This document shows positions 1 to 46,284 of a DNA stretch of 64,000 nt, in pieces. This DNA comes from Callorhinchus milii (taxonomy: Eukaryota): assembly GCF_018977255.1 (NCBI RefSeq), contig NW_024704743.1, forward strand, positions 25,732,001-25,796,000, written 5' to 3'. The notes beneath the pieces are model-generated. The model was not told the origin of the DNA and made no database searches. It saw nothing but the letters and a program-made list of their open reading frames with translations. Within the stretch, counting starts at the first letter, position 1. Every line of letters begins with the position of its first letter. The translations under genes were made by a program, and so were the position numbers.

Positions 1-110
1 GCGTTACATCTGAAATTCTCTGCCCAGACTACGTGAACGAAAGAGGAATGTCATCATTGGAAGGAAACCTCTCCACTTTCTTGGTCAAACCCATCCAAAG
101 GAGAAACACT

Positions 111-288
111 GGGTTCTAAATTTTAAGACTAACAACAGGCTTTGTAACCAGAGGATCCTGAACGTCTTTCCTGCTGACCCTCTGGACTCCACTCCCTCTC
201 CCAACTCACTCCCTCGCTCAAAGTCAGTGTCCAGATGGAGTTCCAGAGGTCACTGGTTACAAATCCTGTGAAATTCAAAATTTGGATC
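111..288. mobile_element. Foldback/MITE-like palindromic element
   Basis: Nested inverted repeats ACAGGCTTTGTAACCAG / CTGGTTACAAATCCTGT and GACCCTCTGGACTCCA / TGGAGTTCCAGAGGTC. Confidence 0.65.
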
Positions 289-337
289 ACGCTGTGGAAT
301 TATTGAACCTCGTTCGCAATGATGTATTTTTCACCTT

Positions 338-338
<1 letters not shown>

Positions 339-370
<32 letters not shown>

Positions 371-371
371 G
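339..371. repeat. (GT)n(GA)n microsatellite
   Basis: direct reading. Confidence 0.95.
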
Positions 372-626
372 CATATGTCCCAGCACCTTGGGACGTTCTC
401 CCAATGTGAAAGGCGCTATACAAATGTAATTTGTTCTTGTGTGAGAGAGAAAGAGTGTGTGTGAGTGAGTTTGAGAGAAAAAGAGAGTGTGTGTGTGAGA
501 CGGTGTGTATATGTTTGCTCTAGGAAAGGGGTAGCTAAAATCATTTCTGTCTGTCGCTGAGGATTTCTCTGTGTGATTACTGTACTGATTTCCAGCTAAT
601 GCTCAATGCTGAGTCTCTCTCCACAG

Positions 627-33129
<32,503 letters not shown>

Positions 33130-36100
33130 ATGATGAATAGGGTGACAAGTCTGGATGAACAGCTGCTACCTGCAGTGCCAGCCAATGTCACAGCGGTGGC
33201 GGACAGCGATGGGGTCTTTATTTGTTTGCTGCTTGAACCCACAGTGGTTTGACACCTCGACAGATTATCTGCCTGACAGTGAACGAGCCACGTGAGTCCT
33301 TTCGGCGACTTGCTGAGAGATTCAAGTGCCAGCAACACGGGTTTCATTTTGCTCTTAGGAAAACTTGATCAGAAATCATTATTCATTCCGCTCCCCTCCC
33401 ACCTCCCTCAACATTGACCAGCTCCTGTGGATATTCTGCAAAGTAAAGATGTACCACTGTTTTTGTATTGACCAGTGTGAGAGAAGAAACACATTGGTCC
33501 TACTGTTTGCAATGGAAGAAGCGGGATCACAACAAAGCATTGGGTTTGATACTGTTTGTTCTTTCAACAACTGCAAATAATTATATTTTTTAACAAAGCG
33601 ATAAATGATTCTTGGAAACTCCCGAGCGCATCCTGTTTACTTAGATGGTGGATTATTTTTAAGTTACAAAACTCTGTTATTCGCCCTCTCACCCCAACCC
33701 ACCCCCACACCCCCAGTCCTTGCGTCTCTGTCTGGGCTACGCATATGGGAGTTGAGGTAGTCTACTCCCAGGTGTCTGCCAATTTTGGTCTTTGCTGACT
33801 CAAGAAAGCCCAGAGATTGACCCCTTCAAATTTTACTTTCTTCCCCACCCCACCGGACCCACACATCCCAACCCTGTGGCTAGTGGCCGCTTGAGATTCC
33901 TCTTAGCAGCTCAATTGAGTCAAAGATTTGTTTAAGGAGGGAGAGAGAGGGGCAAGAGGTGAACTGAACTGGCGTTCAATTTGCGGTCTGTTCCGACACA
34001 CTGTACCATCATGTGATTCTACCTACTCAGTTTAAAGGTTCACTTGATGCTGTATTTGTTAATAGCAACTGGGTTTGAACCAAAGCCTTATTCTTTATAG
34101 AAATATATATATTATATATTAAAATTATACACAATATAGGACACAATAAACTATTTTTAATGCTGGATATATGAAAATATTTTGTCAAATGCTTTTTTTA
34201 AAGGAAAACTAGCATTAAAAATATTGCATATGTTTAAACTTGGTGAAATGCAGGAATCCTGTCTTTCTAAAATAAATCTCCGGTCTTTTTATCTATGAAC
34301 CTGACAGCTGGTACAGTGGCAGTCAGGAGGTGCATGATGAGTGTATACCAAATGGGGTTGGCTCTCACCATGCACTGCAGATTTTCCCCTGAGCTGAGAT
34401 AGGCACTTCAGTTATTTTAGAAAAATCTTTTTTTTCCAGAGGACCAAGAGAACCTGTGAAATGTTTTGACACGTTGAGTGCACACCCAGTGCTTCAAAAC
34501 ATCTGTACATTTCACTTGAACTCTGAGAAGTCTATAGTATGCAGATTGCTAAAAATAGCAATCTTAATCCTATTTGTCCCATTATAATTTTTTTTACAAA
34601 AAAGCTCTTTTAGGGTTCGCCGTCTGATAGACTCTACGTTGCACTTCTAATCCAACAGTAACACTATTTTATTAGAGTTTTTTTTAGTAATTTATAACTT
34701 TTGTACAAATTTCCTGAAACAAACCTTGTTTCATGTGAGATGGCAGCTATGGTGCACTGGCTAGCCATGAACTGTAGACCTTGATGTATGTGGGGTTGGT
34801 GCATTAGATGTCTTTTTGTGAGTGTGGTCCCCACAAGAGTGAGTGCCAGCAAATTGGTGGTGAGGATGGACACCCTTGCCGTCAGAAAGCTTATGGGCCT
34901 CACCGGTGTGAGTTAACACCATCATACTAAGTCTATTTCCAGAGCAGTGAAGAATTCCATGTTCTCACCTGGCAGTGCCGAATATACTGGAACTCCCCTG
35001 TTGTCTTTGTTTTTGTGGAATTTGTGGAAATCTGTTGGTCAGTTACCCAAAGTCTCTTCAAGACGTGAAAAGCTTGTGTGTAGTGGACCTCAGCAATGTG
35101 GTATACCTTTTATCTTTCTGTTTATTGTATTGCAAAGCTTAGGGTGGACAACTACTATATGTTGTAAGAACAAATGCGAGGAAGATAGAGAAGGGCAAGA
35201 AAGGCAGAAATCCTGCTTTTGCAACATAAACTTGTCAGTAAAACTCTCCCACTTTTATTTTTAATGAGCCCTGTTTTGTGTTCCAAAGATCAAGCAGCCT
35301 GTTTTTGCCTTCTATACTTGAAATGAGCATCTAGAAATAAAATTGCAATGTCCGTCAATATTATTGTCTCGTTGTCCAGGTTTAGATGTTACTGCGGAGA
35401 AGCATACAAACAAGTCTTTGTTGCTGCTTTGAAGAATATCTGGAAATTCAGGGTAGCCTTTGTTTTGCAAGAACCGTTCTGGCAGCTTATTTGGGTTGCA
35501 TTTTGTTGTTGATATTTCTCTTGTCTTGTGAGTAAACCTTACAGCAGTAATCTTCAGTACAACATTGATCAGCTTTCAAATGGTGGGCGTGTAAACTCTC
35601 CAAAACTTCTGAGGCTCAGTTAGTCTTCCTTCTGGCAAGATCTTTTATTCAAATAGTTTGGGGTTTAATAAGAGTTTTATGGTATTTTGCTATTTCTACT
35701 TTAAAGTCATTCCGGTAACTCTCATGAGCTCATATCCCTGACAGATAAAGAAATTGCCCCGCAGTCACTTTAAAAAGGAAGGTTGCAATTTGGCTAATCT
35801 TCTGTTACACTCCTGAGATCTTCTCTTTGAAAGCTCTTGTATTTTAACGGATGTATTTGCATTTGTGAGGTTGAAGTATATAAGTTGAGCTCCTACGATG
35901 GCCAAATGGGAAAAGACAGAATCCCCACCTATTCTTCAAGTTCCCATGACAATACTTAAGAGTTTTTCTCAGTGCCCTGGTCAACAATCTTATAGATTAA
36001 TTGATCATTCTCTTCATTGCTATTAGTGGGATCTTGTGAGAAAATAGCTGTCACGTTTGGCCTCAAAAACAAGTCACTACACTTGTCCCTTGAAGGGCTT

Positions 36101-36408
36101 TTGTGGTAAGCCACTATAAAAAATCAATGTATTTTCTTGTAACCTGCTAATCCACCATTAAAAAGAATGGATAATAATAAAAATAATAAATGGATAAGGT
36201 GAGAATGAGGAAGAAGGAAATGTTTCTAAATAACTTGGTGCCTTGTGAGGTCTTACATCATGTAGTAAAGAGCCAATGTTATTATTGTAAGAAAACTTCT
36301 CATTTAAAATCCTCTACTCCCCCATACAATAATAATAGTGGAGGTCAGTAACTTGCAGACAATAACCCAATCTTGGGCTGACTTGACAACCTGCCTGAGT
36401 ATTTCTTC

Positions 36409-36411
<3 letters not shown>

Positions 36412-36459
<48 letters not shown>
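36412..36459. repeat. (CT)n microsatellite
   Basis: direct reading. Confidence 0.95.
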
Positions 36460-36462
<3 letters not shown>

Positions 36463-38339
36463 TTTCCCCCAAACGCCTTTACTGTTCAGTAGAATTGTAG
36501 TTTCAGTGCCTGTGAAACTACGTGACTTTGTGACTGTAGCATCCTGTTCCTCCGTATTACCCACACCACCTTGTAGCAAAGAAAAGGAACTTATCAGAAA
36601 TTGACCATGGCGTTATTCTGCTCCGTGCTGCAGCTGTGAACTATTCTGTTCTGGTCAATGAGTTTTATATAAAAAAATTCTGTGCTCTTATAAATAACTA
36701 TAGTGAGGATTCAAATATGATGTTATTTTATAAACTAAAATGACATTAGTGCACAGACACAAATCTGTCGTGTTTGTCAAAGTGGCACAGAAGCGCACTA
36801 AAAGTATCGCAGCAAACTCACTCCATGAAGCAAAGAGAGCAGAATAAACCCTAATAGAGCCTAATAGGCAGCGCTTTCAAACTGGGTCCCTTATAACGCA
36901 AATCAACTTTCAATTACTATAGTGTAATGCAGTTTCAGAGCAGATTTCCCACAGGACATATAGTACTTCTGGTTCCTGGAAGGAGTCCCATTCAGTTTTC
37001 CTATTAAAGATTATTGCTAGGAATACTGCATATTAGACCAGTGTTTCATATATTTTATATGTAGAATTATTCACTTTTTAGACTTTTTATTCCAAGTTTG
37101 TATCACAGCTCAGGGCAGGGTTGGCATTGAACAACGCACCATGTTATTGCAGTTTTGGTATTAAGCTCTAACGTGCTAATGCCAGCAAATGTTTTTGCTC
37201 TGCACTTAGCAAAATGTTAACTAGTTTCTGTGCAGTTATTTGATTGCTGTAATTTTGAGGGTGTTTATCTTGCAGTTTATTTAGCTCATTGTGAAATCCA
37301 AGGCCCCTTGGTGTGGGAGGGGTCGTAGGGAAATTAAATTGATTGTTTTTTGTGTCCCTGGGAAAGAACCAACCTTGTGCAGATACAATTGTGATTTCCA
37401 AGTTAAAAAATTGTTCACGTAGATCAAGTTTGACTAAATAGGGAGGAAGGAGTATCCAAGCCAACCTCATTCCTAAAAGCAGGTTTTCCATGCATTCTGG
37501 GACTCAAAATTCCAAGTGTGCTTAGGCTTAAGGGCATCACCTTAAAATTTATAATTGTATGGAATTTTGGAAAACCGACATAAATGTGGTCTTAATTTGG
37601 AAGCTGATTTTCCACAATTCTTTTTGGATGCTGGGGAAAATCAGTTTCAAATTAAAACTGAATGTAGGCAGTTTTCCAGAATTATGACCAGCCTTAAATA
37701 TTAAGGGAATGGTTTTAAGATTAAGAACATGAGAATTCCCACTCCTCTGGTGCCCACACCTTCCATCTTGACCCATTGGAGACTTGCAGTGAAAATTAGT
37801 TTAGGGGAGATATTTGAATCGCTGAGCATGAAAGAAAATGAGTACAAGCCTCGCTGTTAACTTTAAAAAGTTGCCCAACACTTAATATGCTGCGTTCAAG
37901 CCTCCCAGAGCTGTTGACTTGTAATTCTGATCATGAATCTGAATACTCTTGACAATGTTGCTGCTTTATAACCAGTTTTCCTTGTATTGTGATCACTGAC
38001 TGTTTTTATAACTTAACTTTCTCCCTGGTATCAGCAGAAGCTGCATTATCGCCCATGGAGCATTTCAAGCACTGGTGATCTTTAGGTCTTTCATCATTGA
38101 TCACAACGTTGTGAATAAAAGCATTATATAGTTTATATTGTGTGTGTGTGTTTGTGTATATACTGTACACTGTGTTTAGTTGACCCATCAGTATCTACTG
38201 TACACATTTTATAGGTTCCTTTATGGGCAGTGACTGTGGATATTTTACTTCAAGGATTTTTTTTGATCGCAATCAAAAGAAAACTCATGTTGTGTGTTAT
38301 AATTGCATCATGTGGTGTCTAAATCCTAAATGTTTTTGT

Positions 38340-38345
38340 AATAAA
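38340..38345 (+). promoter_or_regulatory. Candidate distal polyadenylation signal
   Basis: TTTTTGT-AATAAA with an overlapping TGTA motif and a downstream GT/T-rich stretch. Confidence 0.45.
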
Positions 38346-40114
38346 GCCTCTCACTCTGTTGTATGATCGCAGTATATTGAGAAATTAGTATATTTTTCAG
38401 GGCTTGATCCAAAACTGAGGTGAGGTATTCCTTTCGGATTCTAATTCGGACTTTTGGAATCTCCGATATGTGCTGTATGTTAAGTGTCCGTTTCCCAAAT
38501 CCCCTCCTTTTTTTAATATCTGTGTAGGAATCATCCTAATAATTCACAGAATTTATTGTGTAGTGTGTTTTGGTGGTACAGCAGTTAGTTTTGAAGCTTT
38601 GTATTTGAAGTCTCCTGAGAAATTAAAGCTTAATTTCAATGTTTCTTTTTCTGTTAAAATTTAGATTTGTAGAAAGCTGAAATAGTAGAAAATCAAACTG
38701 TTTTTTTCTCAAGTATTTGGAACTAATCACAAATGATTAGTGATTTAATAATGTTTCTTTTCATTCTATTCTCCATCCTTTCTCCCACCCCATCATATCA
38801 TGCAAGACTTTAGCATTGAAATCCTCCCTTTGAGGGGGAAGATAGTGAAAAGCTTGTATTAACAAGGTATGAGTGGGTGGTTGGTTTTATAAACTTTAAT
38901 GATACCTCCTTAGTGAATGACCAGTACATTGTGACTGAGGGCATGCACACAATGCAACTCGTAAGAACCAAGCATGTTCCTGTGATGTACAAAGGCCATG
39001 AAGTGTATGATCAGGGTTTCTAAATAGAATTACATACTGTTACACAGCTCCGAAACCGGTTATTCGGCTCAATTAATCTGTGCCGACTATTCCACGTGAG
39101 CCTCCATCCCTTATAATGCCTCCCTCCCACCATACCCGTCTATTCCCTTCTCCCAAGCAGACGCGTCATGAATTGAGAAATTGTTACTATTATTATTTAG
39201 TTTTTGGATAGCGGCTCTTATTTGTGAAGTCATTGTCCTTGTGAAAAAAAACTTTAACAAACTGTCTTTTTTTTGTGTGGGTGGGGGAGACGGCTAAGTG
39301 GTTGTAGGTCCGGATGTGTTTTAAGCCAGTTTTTGTTGCACTGCTGTGGCTCTTGAGAGTAATGCAACAAAGCATAGAATTCACACGTTGGTGTTGTGAA
39401 TTTATCCCCAAAATGGGTTTGCTGAAAACATTTATTGCTCTGAAGAATTACTGAACTCCTTTGAAGCGGTTCCTGAAGTCAGCAATTGCGCTGTCGAATA
39501 TATGATGTTACTGTAAGGAAGGAACACGAGTAGCACGTGCTCACACCAGGGGCTCAGTGTCAAGAAATCGCTTGGCTGAATTGAGTGATCTTTATGCATC
39601 CCAAATACTTTCTCATTTGCATCCATCAGTTACACATGCGATACATGTCTGGATTTACTGAGCTCCTAGATGTGCAGAATAACATTCATTGTGCTACAGC
39701 AGCTCTTTAAAGTAACAGGAATACAATAGCAATAGGCATCCATTGCTGGTAATGGGCAACAGGTAAATCAACACTTGAAAGAAAGAAGCTAAAGATTTGG
39801 ATTTGACAAAAAATACTAATCTGCCTCTCTCCTTCGTTCCGGTGCTGATTTATTGCTGTGTGCTTTCAGCATCCTCCGGATCACATTTCAGATTTCCAGC
39901 ATCGAGTTTTCCTTTTTTATTTGGACTGTGTTGTAAACTGTTATCTTGTACAGAGGGTACCCTGTGCGGCTCAGGCTGATCTGTAATTTATTATCATTCT
40001 GTGTTGGGTTCAAACAAAGTGATCATGGTCGTATGTGTTTTTTTTTGTTACATGCAATAAACGTTTTAATTCAAAATACATGGTCTGATCAGAGCTTTGT
40101 TCAAATGCTTTTAA

Positions 40115-40400
40115 CAGGCATCAACCTGCTCCATGTTCCTCACCCTGCCTGCTCCGTGATCGGCGATCGGGCCTTCAGTCTTTCTGCCTCCACCAACTGG
40201 AACTCCATCCCGGAGACCCAATGTCTCACTCTCTCCCTTGACTCATTCAAAGCCTGTCTCAAGACTTTCCTTTTTGACCATGCATTCGGTCATCTTCCCT
40301 TCTCCACCCTCCCTTGCCCCTCCACCCCTCTCTGATCCCAATCCACAGCTTACATCGGGAGGACATCCCAAGCCGCTGTATAAATTCAATTTCTTGCTGT
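40115..40400 (+). mobile_element. L2 3' fragment
   Basis: IGDRAFSLSASTNWNSIPE...FKACLKTFLF peptide. Confidence 0.85.
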
Positions 40401-40477
40401 TGACAGATGTGTAATGTGTACAAATGTCCAACTTGTACTCTAAAGCATTGATTTTGAGATATTTTGAAATTAGAATA

Positions 40478-41012
40478 TACAACAACTTGCATTCAGTACC
40501 CTTCACATAGGGAACTTCTGAGAGATGGGATTGGATGCCTTTGGGGAGGAGGCAAGGTGGCCATGGGTATGTTTGAAGAGGTAATAGGATTTGAAGCAGG
40601 ACTCTAAGCCAGAAAGAGGGGTGGGGGGGGTGAGACAGAGCAGTAAAAGGGAGGGAGTTCCAAAGATTAGAAGCATAGGAACTGAAGGCTTAACCACCAA
40701 TGGTGACGTGGGAGACCACAACAAGTTTGAGTTAGCTAAGTAGAGGGGGTGAACAGTAGGGTAAGTGGGTATCAGAGAGATAAAGAGGTGTCAGAGAGTA
40801 GATGGGTTTGTAGGTGAGAGCAAGGAGCTTGAAATCAATCCATTGAGAGCTGTGGAGACTGGTGGGGTGCTGGATGACTGGAGTTTTGATCGGGTGAGGA
40901 AGTGGGTGGCAGAGTTTTGGATGAGGTGCAACTTGTTAGTGGTGGGTTTAGGGATACCAGTGAGGAGTGTGTTGGAAAAGTCAATGGGATGTAACAAAGG
41001 TGTGAACGAGTG
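40478..41012 (-). mobile_element. L2 3' fragment
   Basis: IDFSNTLLTGIPKPTTNKLHLIQNSA peptide. Confidence 0.85.
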
Positions 41013-41223
41013 TTAATAACCAAAAAAACTGGTTGTTTCTTATCCCACTCCATACGCAATGCTGTTTACCATTCTTTCTTATCCAGGTAGCTGATATTAA
41101 CATCAGCTGCAGACTCTTGCAATGAATAACGATCCCCACAACATTTGCACATAGTTGGTCATGGAATATAGTTGTCCCTTCACAACATGATCTCTACAGG
41201 AAGAAGATCAAGGCACAAGACTC

Positions 41224-41445
41224 TGGAGCCTAATTTGCAAGTTCTGCGAAAGGATTTGCGAGTAGTGAATCTTGCAGCTATCTGTCTGAGCCTGAACTCC
41301 CCTCAGAATCCAATGTCAGTTCCAACTACTGTGAAGCCAGATTCTGGCTAAAGGAGGCTCTGGGGGAGTACTAGAAGGTCAGCTTGAAACACATCATGTA
41401 CCTGCAGAATGTGCTGTATGCTAATCCTCCACAAATTAAACTCCA
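41224..41445. mobile_element. MITE-like element related to 12939-13142
   Basis: TGGAGCCTAATTTG ... CAAATTAAACTCCA termini; shared subterminal GATTTGC..TAGTGAATC. Confidence 0.6.
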
Positions 41446-41567
41446 TTGTTAACAATGGGGGTAAGAAGGCAGAAGTAAATGTTACCAAAAACTCAAAGGA
41501 AATGTGGTTTTAATAATGGGAATGTGTGGATTGGTAAACTAAGGTTTTTTAATGACTTTGTTTGGGG

Positions 41568-42222
41568 ATAAAATAAATAATAAATAATAATCCTTGCATT
41601 TGATATAGCGCTTTTCACGTCTTCTCGACGTCTCAAAGTGCTTCACAGAATATATTGTAAAGTGAATTGACCGTATATTTGTGGGCGAAACGCGGCAGCC
41701 AATTGCGCACAGCAGTGTCCCACAAACAGTCGTGGATTGAAAATGACCAATGTATTATTGTTTTTTGTTTTTAGAGGGATTATTATTAGGCATGTAGAGT
41801 AAGGAAACTTGCCCAAGGTTTTGCCCTGCCTGGAATTGAACCCAGGTGTCTTGCTTGCAAGGCGAGTGCTCTAACCGCTGAGCTACAGGACTCCACAAAT
41901 ACAGGACTCCACATTGGTCGATCACTATTAGTTCCACTGATATTTGTGAAGTGAGTCATGTGAGAGCAAAGGCAGAGTAACAGTAGCACCCCCTCCTCTC
42001 TGCTGACACCCCAACCTTTCACCTACGGTGACGGTCTCTAACAGTAATCGTACATCTGCAAGAGGCAATGGCTTGCACATGGGGAAACTCTTGCAATGGT
42101 TCCACAAGAGCATTCTGTTGATCCCCGTAACTTCCCCAGTGACTGAGGTATCTGTGCAAGAGAAAGGCAGCAAAACCACTTTATGAACAGGAAACCTTTG
42201 ACCCCTTTGGTCTGATGTTAGC
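41568..42222 (-). mobile_element. Composite SINE: 5' extension plus internally deleted family A Deu-SINE (copy 2)
   Basis: Near-identical to 16048-16681. Confidence 0.9.
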
Positions 42223-43509
42223 AAATTAGAATTAGGGGTACATGCATAGCATTTTGCATAGAAAATAAAAATGGCTGGAATGAGGTCATTGACAAGGTAG
42301 GGTTTACAGGGCTATGGAAGAAGAAGGCTCGATGGCCTGTTCCAGTTTTGTGTCTCAAACTGGCACAAGTTAACAGTGCTGGAAATAGTACAGTGCATTA
42401 TGGATTCTGCTTCAAGCTAAGCTTTGAACTGATTTTTTTTGCCTCCTACAGACAGCAAGAAATGTTCAATATCCGAGTAACTTTTTTGACTGCTTGGATT
42501 TCTACCAAATGCCTGAAATCTGCCCTGTCTCTAGTATTTCCAATGCTAACAATTCAAGAAGCCGAGGCGTTGAGCAGATTTTATTCAAATCCTTTAACAT
42601 TTTAGATCAGGATGTAAGTGTCTCAAACCCACCAAGAGCAAATTCCCTCAAAGCTAATTTGTTTTAAAATATAATCCTCCCAATGCACACAGGCACTCAG
42701 GACAATGCCCCAAGAGTCTTTCTTCTCATCTCCCTTCCCTTTTCCGTCATTGACAGTGTCTCGAGACCAAAGGGAATAGTCTTTTATGCAGTAGGAAACT
42801 AGGAAAGTGTCAGCATGATCAGCTGGTTCAATTCTTGGTGGTGCATTTACAATTTAAATCTTTTTCAATCTCTATGTATTTTTATGGGAATCCAAAATAT
42901 ATTGATAGTACAGAAAGAGGCCATTCAGGCCTTGTACTAGCTCACCCACTGGCTTGCTTTACAATTATCCAATTTCCCTGCTCTTGCCCCATAGCCTTAA
43001 ACCACGGTCACCTCCGCTTCCACCTTCACCAATGGAGGGGGGGAGCCCTCCCTTTGCTTAGCACCCTCTGGCTTAATCAAGTGCTGAAGGATTTTGTCCT
43101 ATTTTAAGGGCACTATACAAATATGTTATTGTTTCAACAAGTATAAAATCCATTGGCTCATACAATTTTCCACTCATGAAGGCGATTTTCCACTCGTCAA
43201 GGCAACAGCAAATGTTAGCCATCAGCAGATGTTTAAGAACTCATCCAGTTCTGGGGAACAACAGTGACATTTGTAAAGTGCCTTTCATGTCAGGAGGATG
43301 TTCCAAGGCATTGGGTGTTTAAGAACTCAGGCAGTTATGGGGAACTGGATAATATGGGGTTCATGCCCAAGATCCTCCTCACACTGATCTCCCAATATCA
43401 ACAGTGCTTGAGAGGTGCAAAGGGAAGATTAAATGTTTCCAGTGGAGGAGGGGGAGTTGAATTTGCAAGTGTGATTTATATTGTAGGAAATTCTGAATAA
43501 CAATTATTT

Positions 43510-43752
43510 CAAATTTTTTCACGCAGAGGCTAGTGGAGATCTGGAACTCTCTCTCCCCCAAAACGTTATGGATGATGATCTATTCACATTTTCAAGACTG
43601 AGGTGGATAAATATTTGTTAGGTCAGGGAATCAAAGGATTCGGGGCAAAGGCAGGTTTATTGGAGTTGAGGCACAGAACAGCTATGATTTTATAGAATGG
43701 CAAAACAGGCACGAGGGGCTGAATGGCCTACTCCGTTCTTATTGTTCCTATT
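43510..43752 (+). mobile_element. CR1 3' end
   Basis: WNSLP..FKTEVD-like peptide and tail GGGGCTGAATGGCCTACTCC. Confidence 0.82.
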
Positions 43753-44699
43753 TAATTCATTTCTTGTTAGATCTTAAGATACAGGACAACTGCATCTGGT
43801 CCTGTAATTTAACTAATTGGGAGCATCCAAGTCATAAATAAGAAATTAATTGAGGGATTTAAGAGAGATGTGTAGTTACTTGAGCAGTAGAGATACTAAG
43901 GGAGCAGGTGAGGTTAACACATCTCATTAAGGTGGTGCTGCAACAGTATCAGAATTGTTTCCAGTGCAACTAATTTGTATTTTTAGAGGTCTAATTCAGT
44001 AACGAAGATGAAAACTGCATGTACTAAAGTAAATTAAAAGCCTGGAAGCAGATTAAATGAATGTGGGTATAACTTGCCTACCAAAAACAAGTCATTCCAC
44101 TTTTCCATAAATCCTTTTGAAGTCACTTGAGACATCCTCTTGACTTGAAAAGTACCACAGCAAATGATTATTATTTTACTTTACAACATGCTGAATTGGG
44201 AGGATGGTAAGGTGGCTATTTTGGAACGATGGGCCAATCTGCAAATATCTAAGACGTAGGACATGGAATGGTCTGGCAGAATGGGCTCGATGGACTTCTT
44301 CATAACTTTTGATGTTTTTGTGTAATATCTGGTACCATCATTAGGTGGAGCTAAACGACAATCTTTTTTTTCCCTCCACTGTTTGTTAATAAAATTACAT
44401 TCCTTGTAAAATGGAAAAATGTGTGTGGTGTGTTTGAGCCCTGACGAAAATAGAACAAAAATAAAAGAAGCGATTGCTGACTGGGTGAGCTTCAGGAGGG
44501 CTGGTCGTCCAATGTGTTCTTTTACGATAGAACAGTACTAATAGTATCCTGGGAGAAGGCTCCACACTATCCTGTCCTCTTTCCTGGAGGACCTGTGGGG
44601 TTCAAGAAAACAACAGGAATGAAATAGAAAAAAAGAGCAAAACTTTCACATTCATATAAACAACACTTGAATTGAGGAAGGCTGATAAAGTTTGCGCAT

Positions 44700-45070
44700 G
44701 GGGCATTCAGCTCACAGTCTAGGCTGACACTCTAGTACAGTGCTGGGGGAGTGCTACCTATGTCAGAGGTGCCATTTTTTGAATGGACATTAAATTGAAG
44801 TCCTGTCTACTTGCTCAGGTGGATGTTAAAGATCCCATGATTTGTAAAGACAAGGGAGTTTCTTCCAGTGTCCTGGCCAACAATCCCTCAGATAGGAATG
44901 GTCATTCATTTCATGGCTAGTTTTTGGACATTGCTGTGTGCAAATTGGCTGCTGTGTTTGCCTAAAAACGCATACAGTCACTACACTTTACAGTAAATCC
45001 TGTGAAGTGCTTTGCAACATCTTAATGACGTGATAAGGTGATGTGTCAAATGCAAAGATTATTTGTATTA
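44700..45070 (+). mobile_element. Deu-domain SINE family B
   Basis: Deu core and tail. Confidence 0.8.
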
Positions 45071-45259
45071 TGATTTGAGAAACAAGTTCATGGTGCTCAG
45101 AGGATAATACAAGTTAATAGTGACTTACCCAGCTGATACAATTAAACAAGCAATGATTTATTTACAGCTTCATTGCCTGCGTCCTCACTTATATCAAACT
45201 CTGCACACCCATCAGGTCAACCCTCGCGAGGCTCCACTTGCGCCCTGTATCTGAAAGGA

Positions 45260-45622
45260 CTGATGTCAAGATCTTTCCCTCACATACAAATCCCTCTGCA
45301 CCTTAGCACCTTCCTACCTCTCTGACCTGCTCATGTCCCATGCCTCTGCCCGTCCCTTCACTCAACTAATACAGCTTTGCTGCAAGTCCTCTGATTGCTC
45401 CACGTCATCATCGGCGGCCGTACCTTTAGCCACTGCTTGTCTCAATCCCTCTGTCTCACCACAGCTTTATCTATCTTTAAATCCTACTTTAGAAGTTACC
45501 CCCAGGCCTATGCTCACCTCCCCTCCCACTTCCCCCTTGCTCAGTATCTCGATTACTGTACAGCGCTCCAAGACATTATTCTGTGTAAAGGATGCTATAT
45601 ACTTGCAAGTTGGTATTGTTGC
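45260..45622 (+). mobile_element. Degenerate L2 3' fragment
   Basis: Similar to other L2 3' ends in the window. Confidence 0.65.
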
Positions 45623-46284
45623 AATTCCTTCACTTCATAGTGGTTTCTGAAGCATTGTTGAGGTCTGTGCTGAATACCACTAAGTCTGACACAAGAAAGA
45701 ATAAAGAAAAGGAACAAGAGCAGTTCAAAGCAGTTTCTGTCTTTTTGCTGATGCCAGAATGAATGAAAGGAAATACTTTGGGTTTTGTCCAATGGATTTA
45801 AGAGGATGTTACTTGCAAAGCAGCCAAAGGGTCTGAATTAAAGCCCTGAGGTGAAGCATTTTCCATCATCCTTCACAAAGAATAATATACTTTGAGGAGC
45901 CCCTTCATGTTTCTTTCATAAAGAAAAAGAAATCTAGAAATGGTTTTCAAGCCATTCCTGTCTACTGAGAGGCCACCGTTTAATCTCTCTGACTTTGACC
46001 TGTTTTTATTTCACAGGCTGATTGTTTTCATTCACCCTCTCTTTTCCCTTCAGGATGTTGGTATAAAAGTTACAGGCATCCAGTTGTGCTTTAACTGTGC
46101 AAAGTGGGAAGTAAATTGAGGTTTCATTCAGGCAGTCTCGATCTCCCTTTTTACAAATATCAATTTACCCCCCTCCCCCACCACCCTCCACTCAAGAAAA
46201 ATAATGCCAGGTTGCCATTGAAGCTCGATTCCTTCAAAAATACTTCTTGAAATGTTTTGCTTTCAGGAACAATTTAATAATAAT

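Larger units (their letters stand above)
33130..38370 (+). other. Probable long 3' UTR of SLC12A7
   Basis: Repeat-poor AT-rich tract after the stop; AATAAA at 34145, 35336, 36843, 38114 and 38340. The end point is inferred. Confidence 0.5.

Noticed and set aside
46030..46120. Orphan exon (pyrimidine tract plus CAG at 46051-46053; similar cases near 41085 and 52485)
   Set aside because: No recognisable peptide or partner exons; such motifs arise by chance
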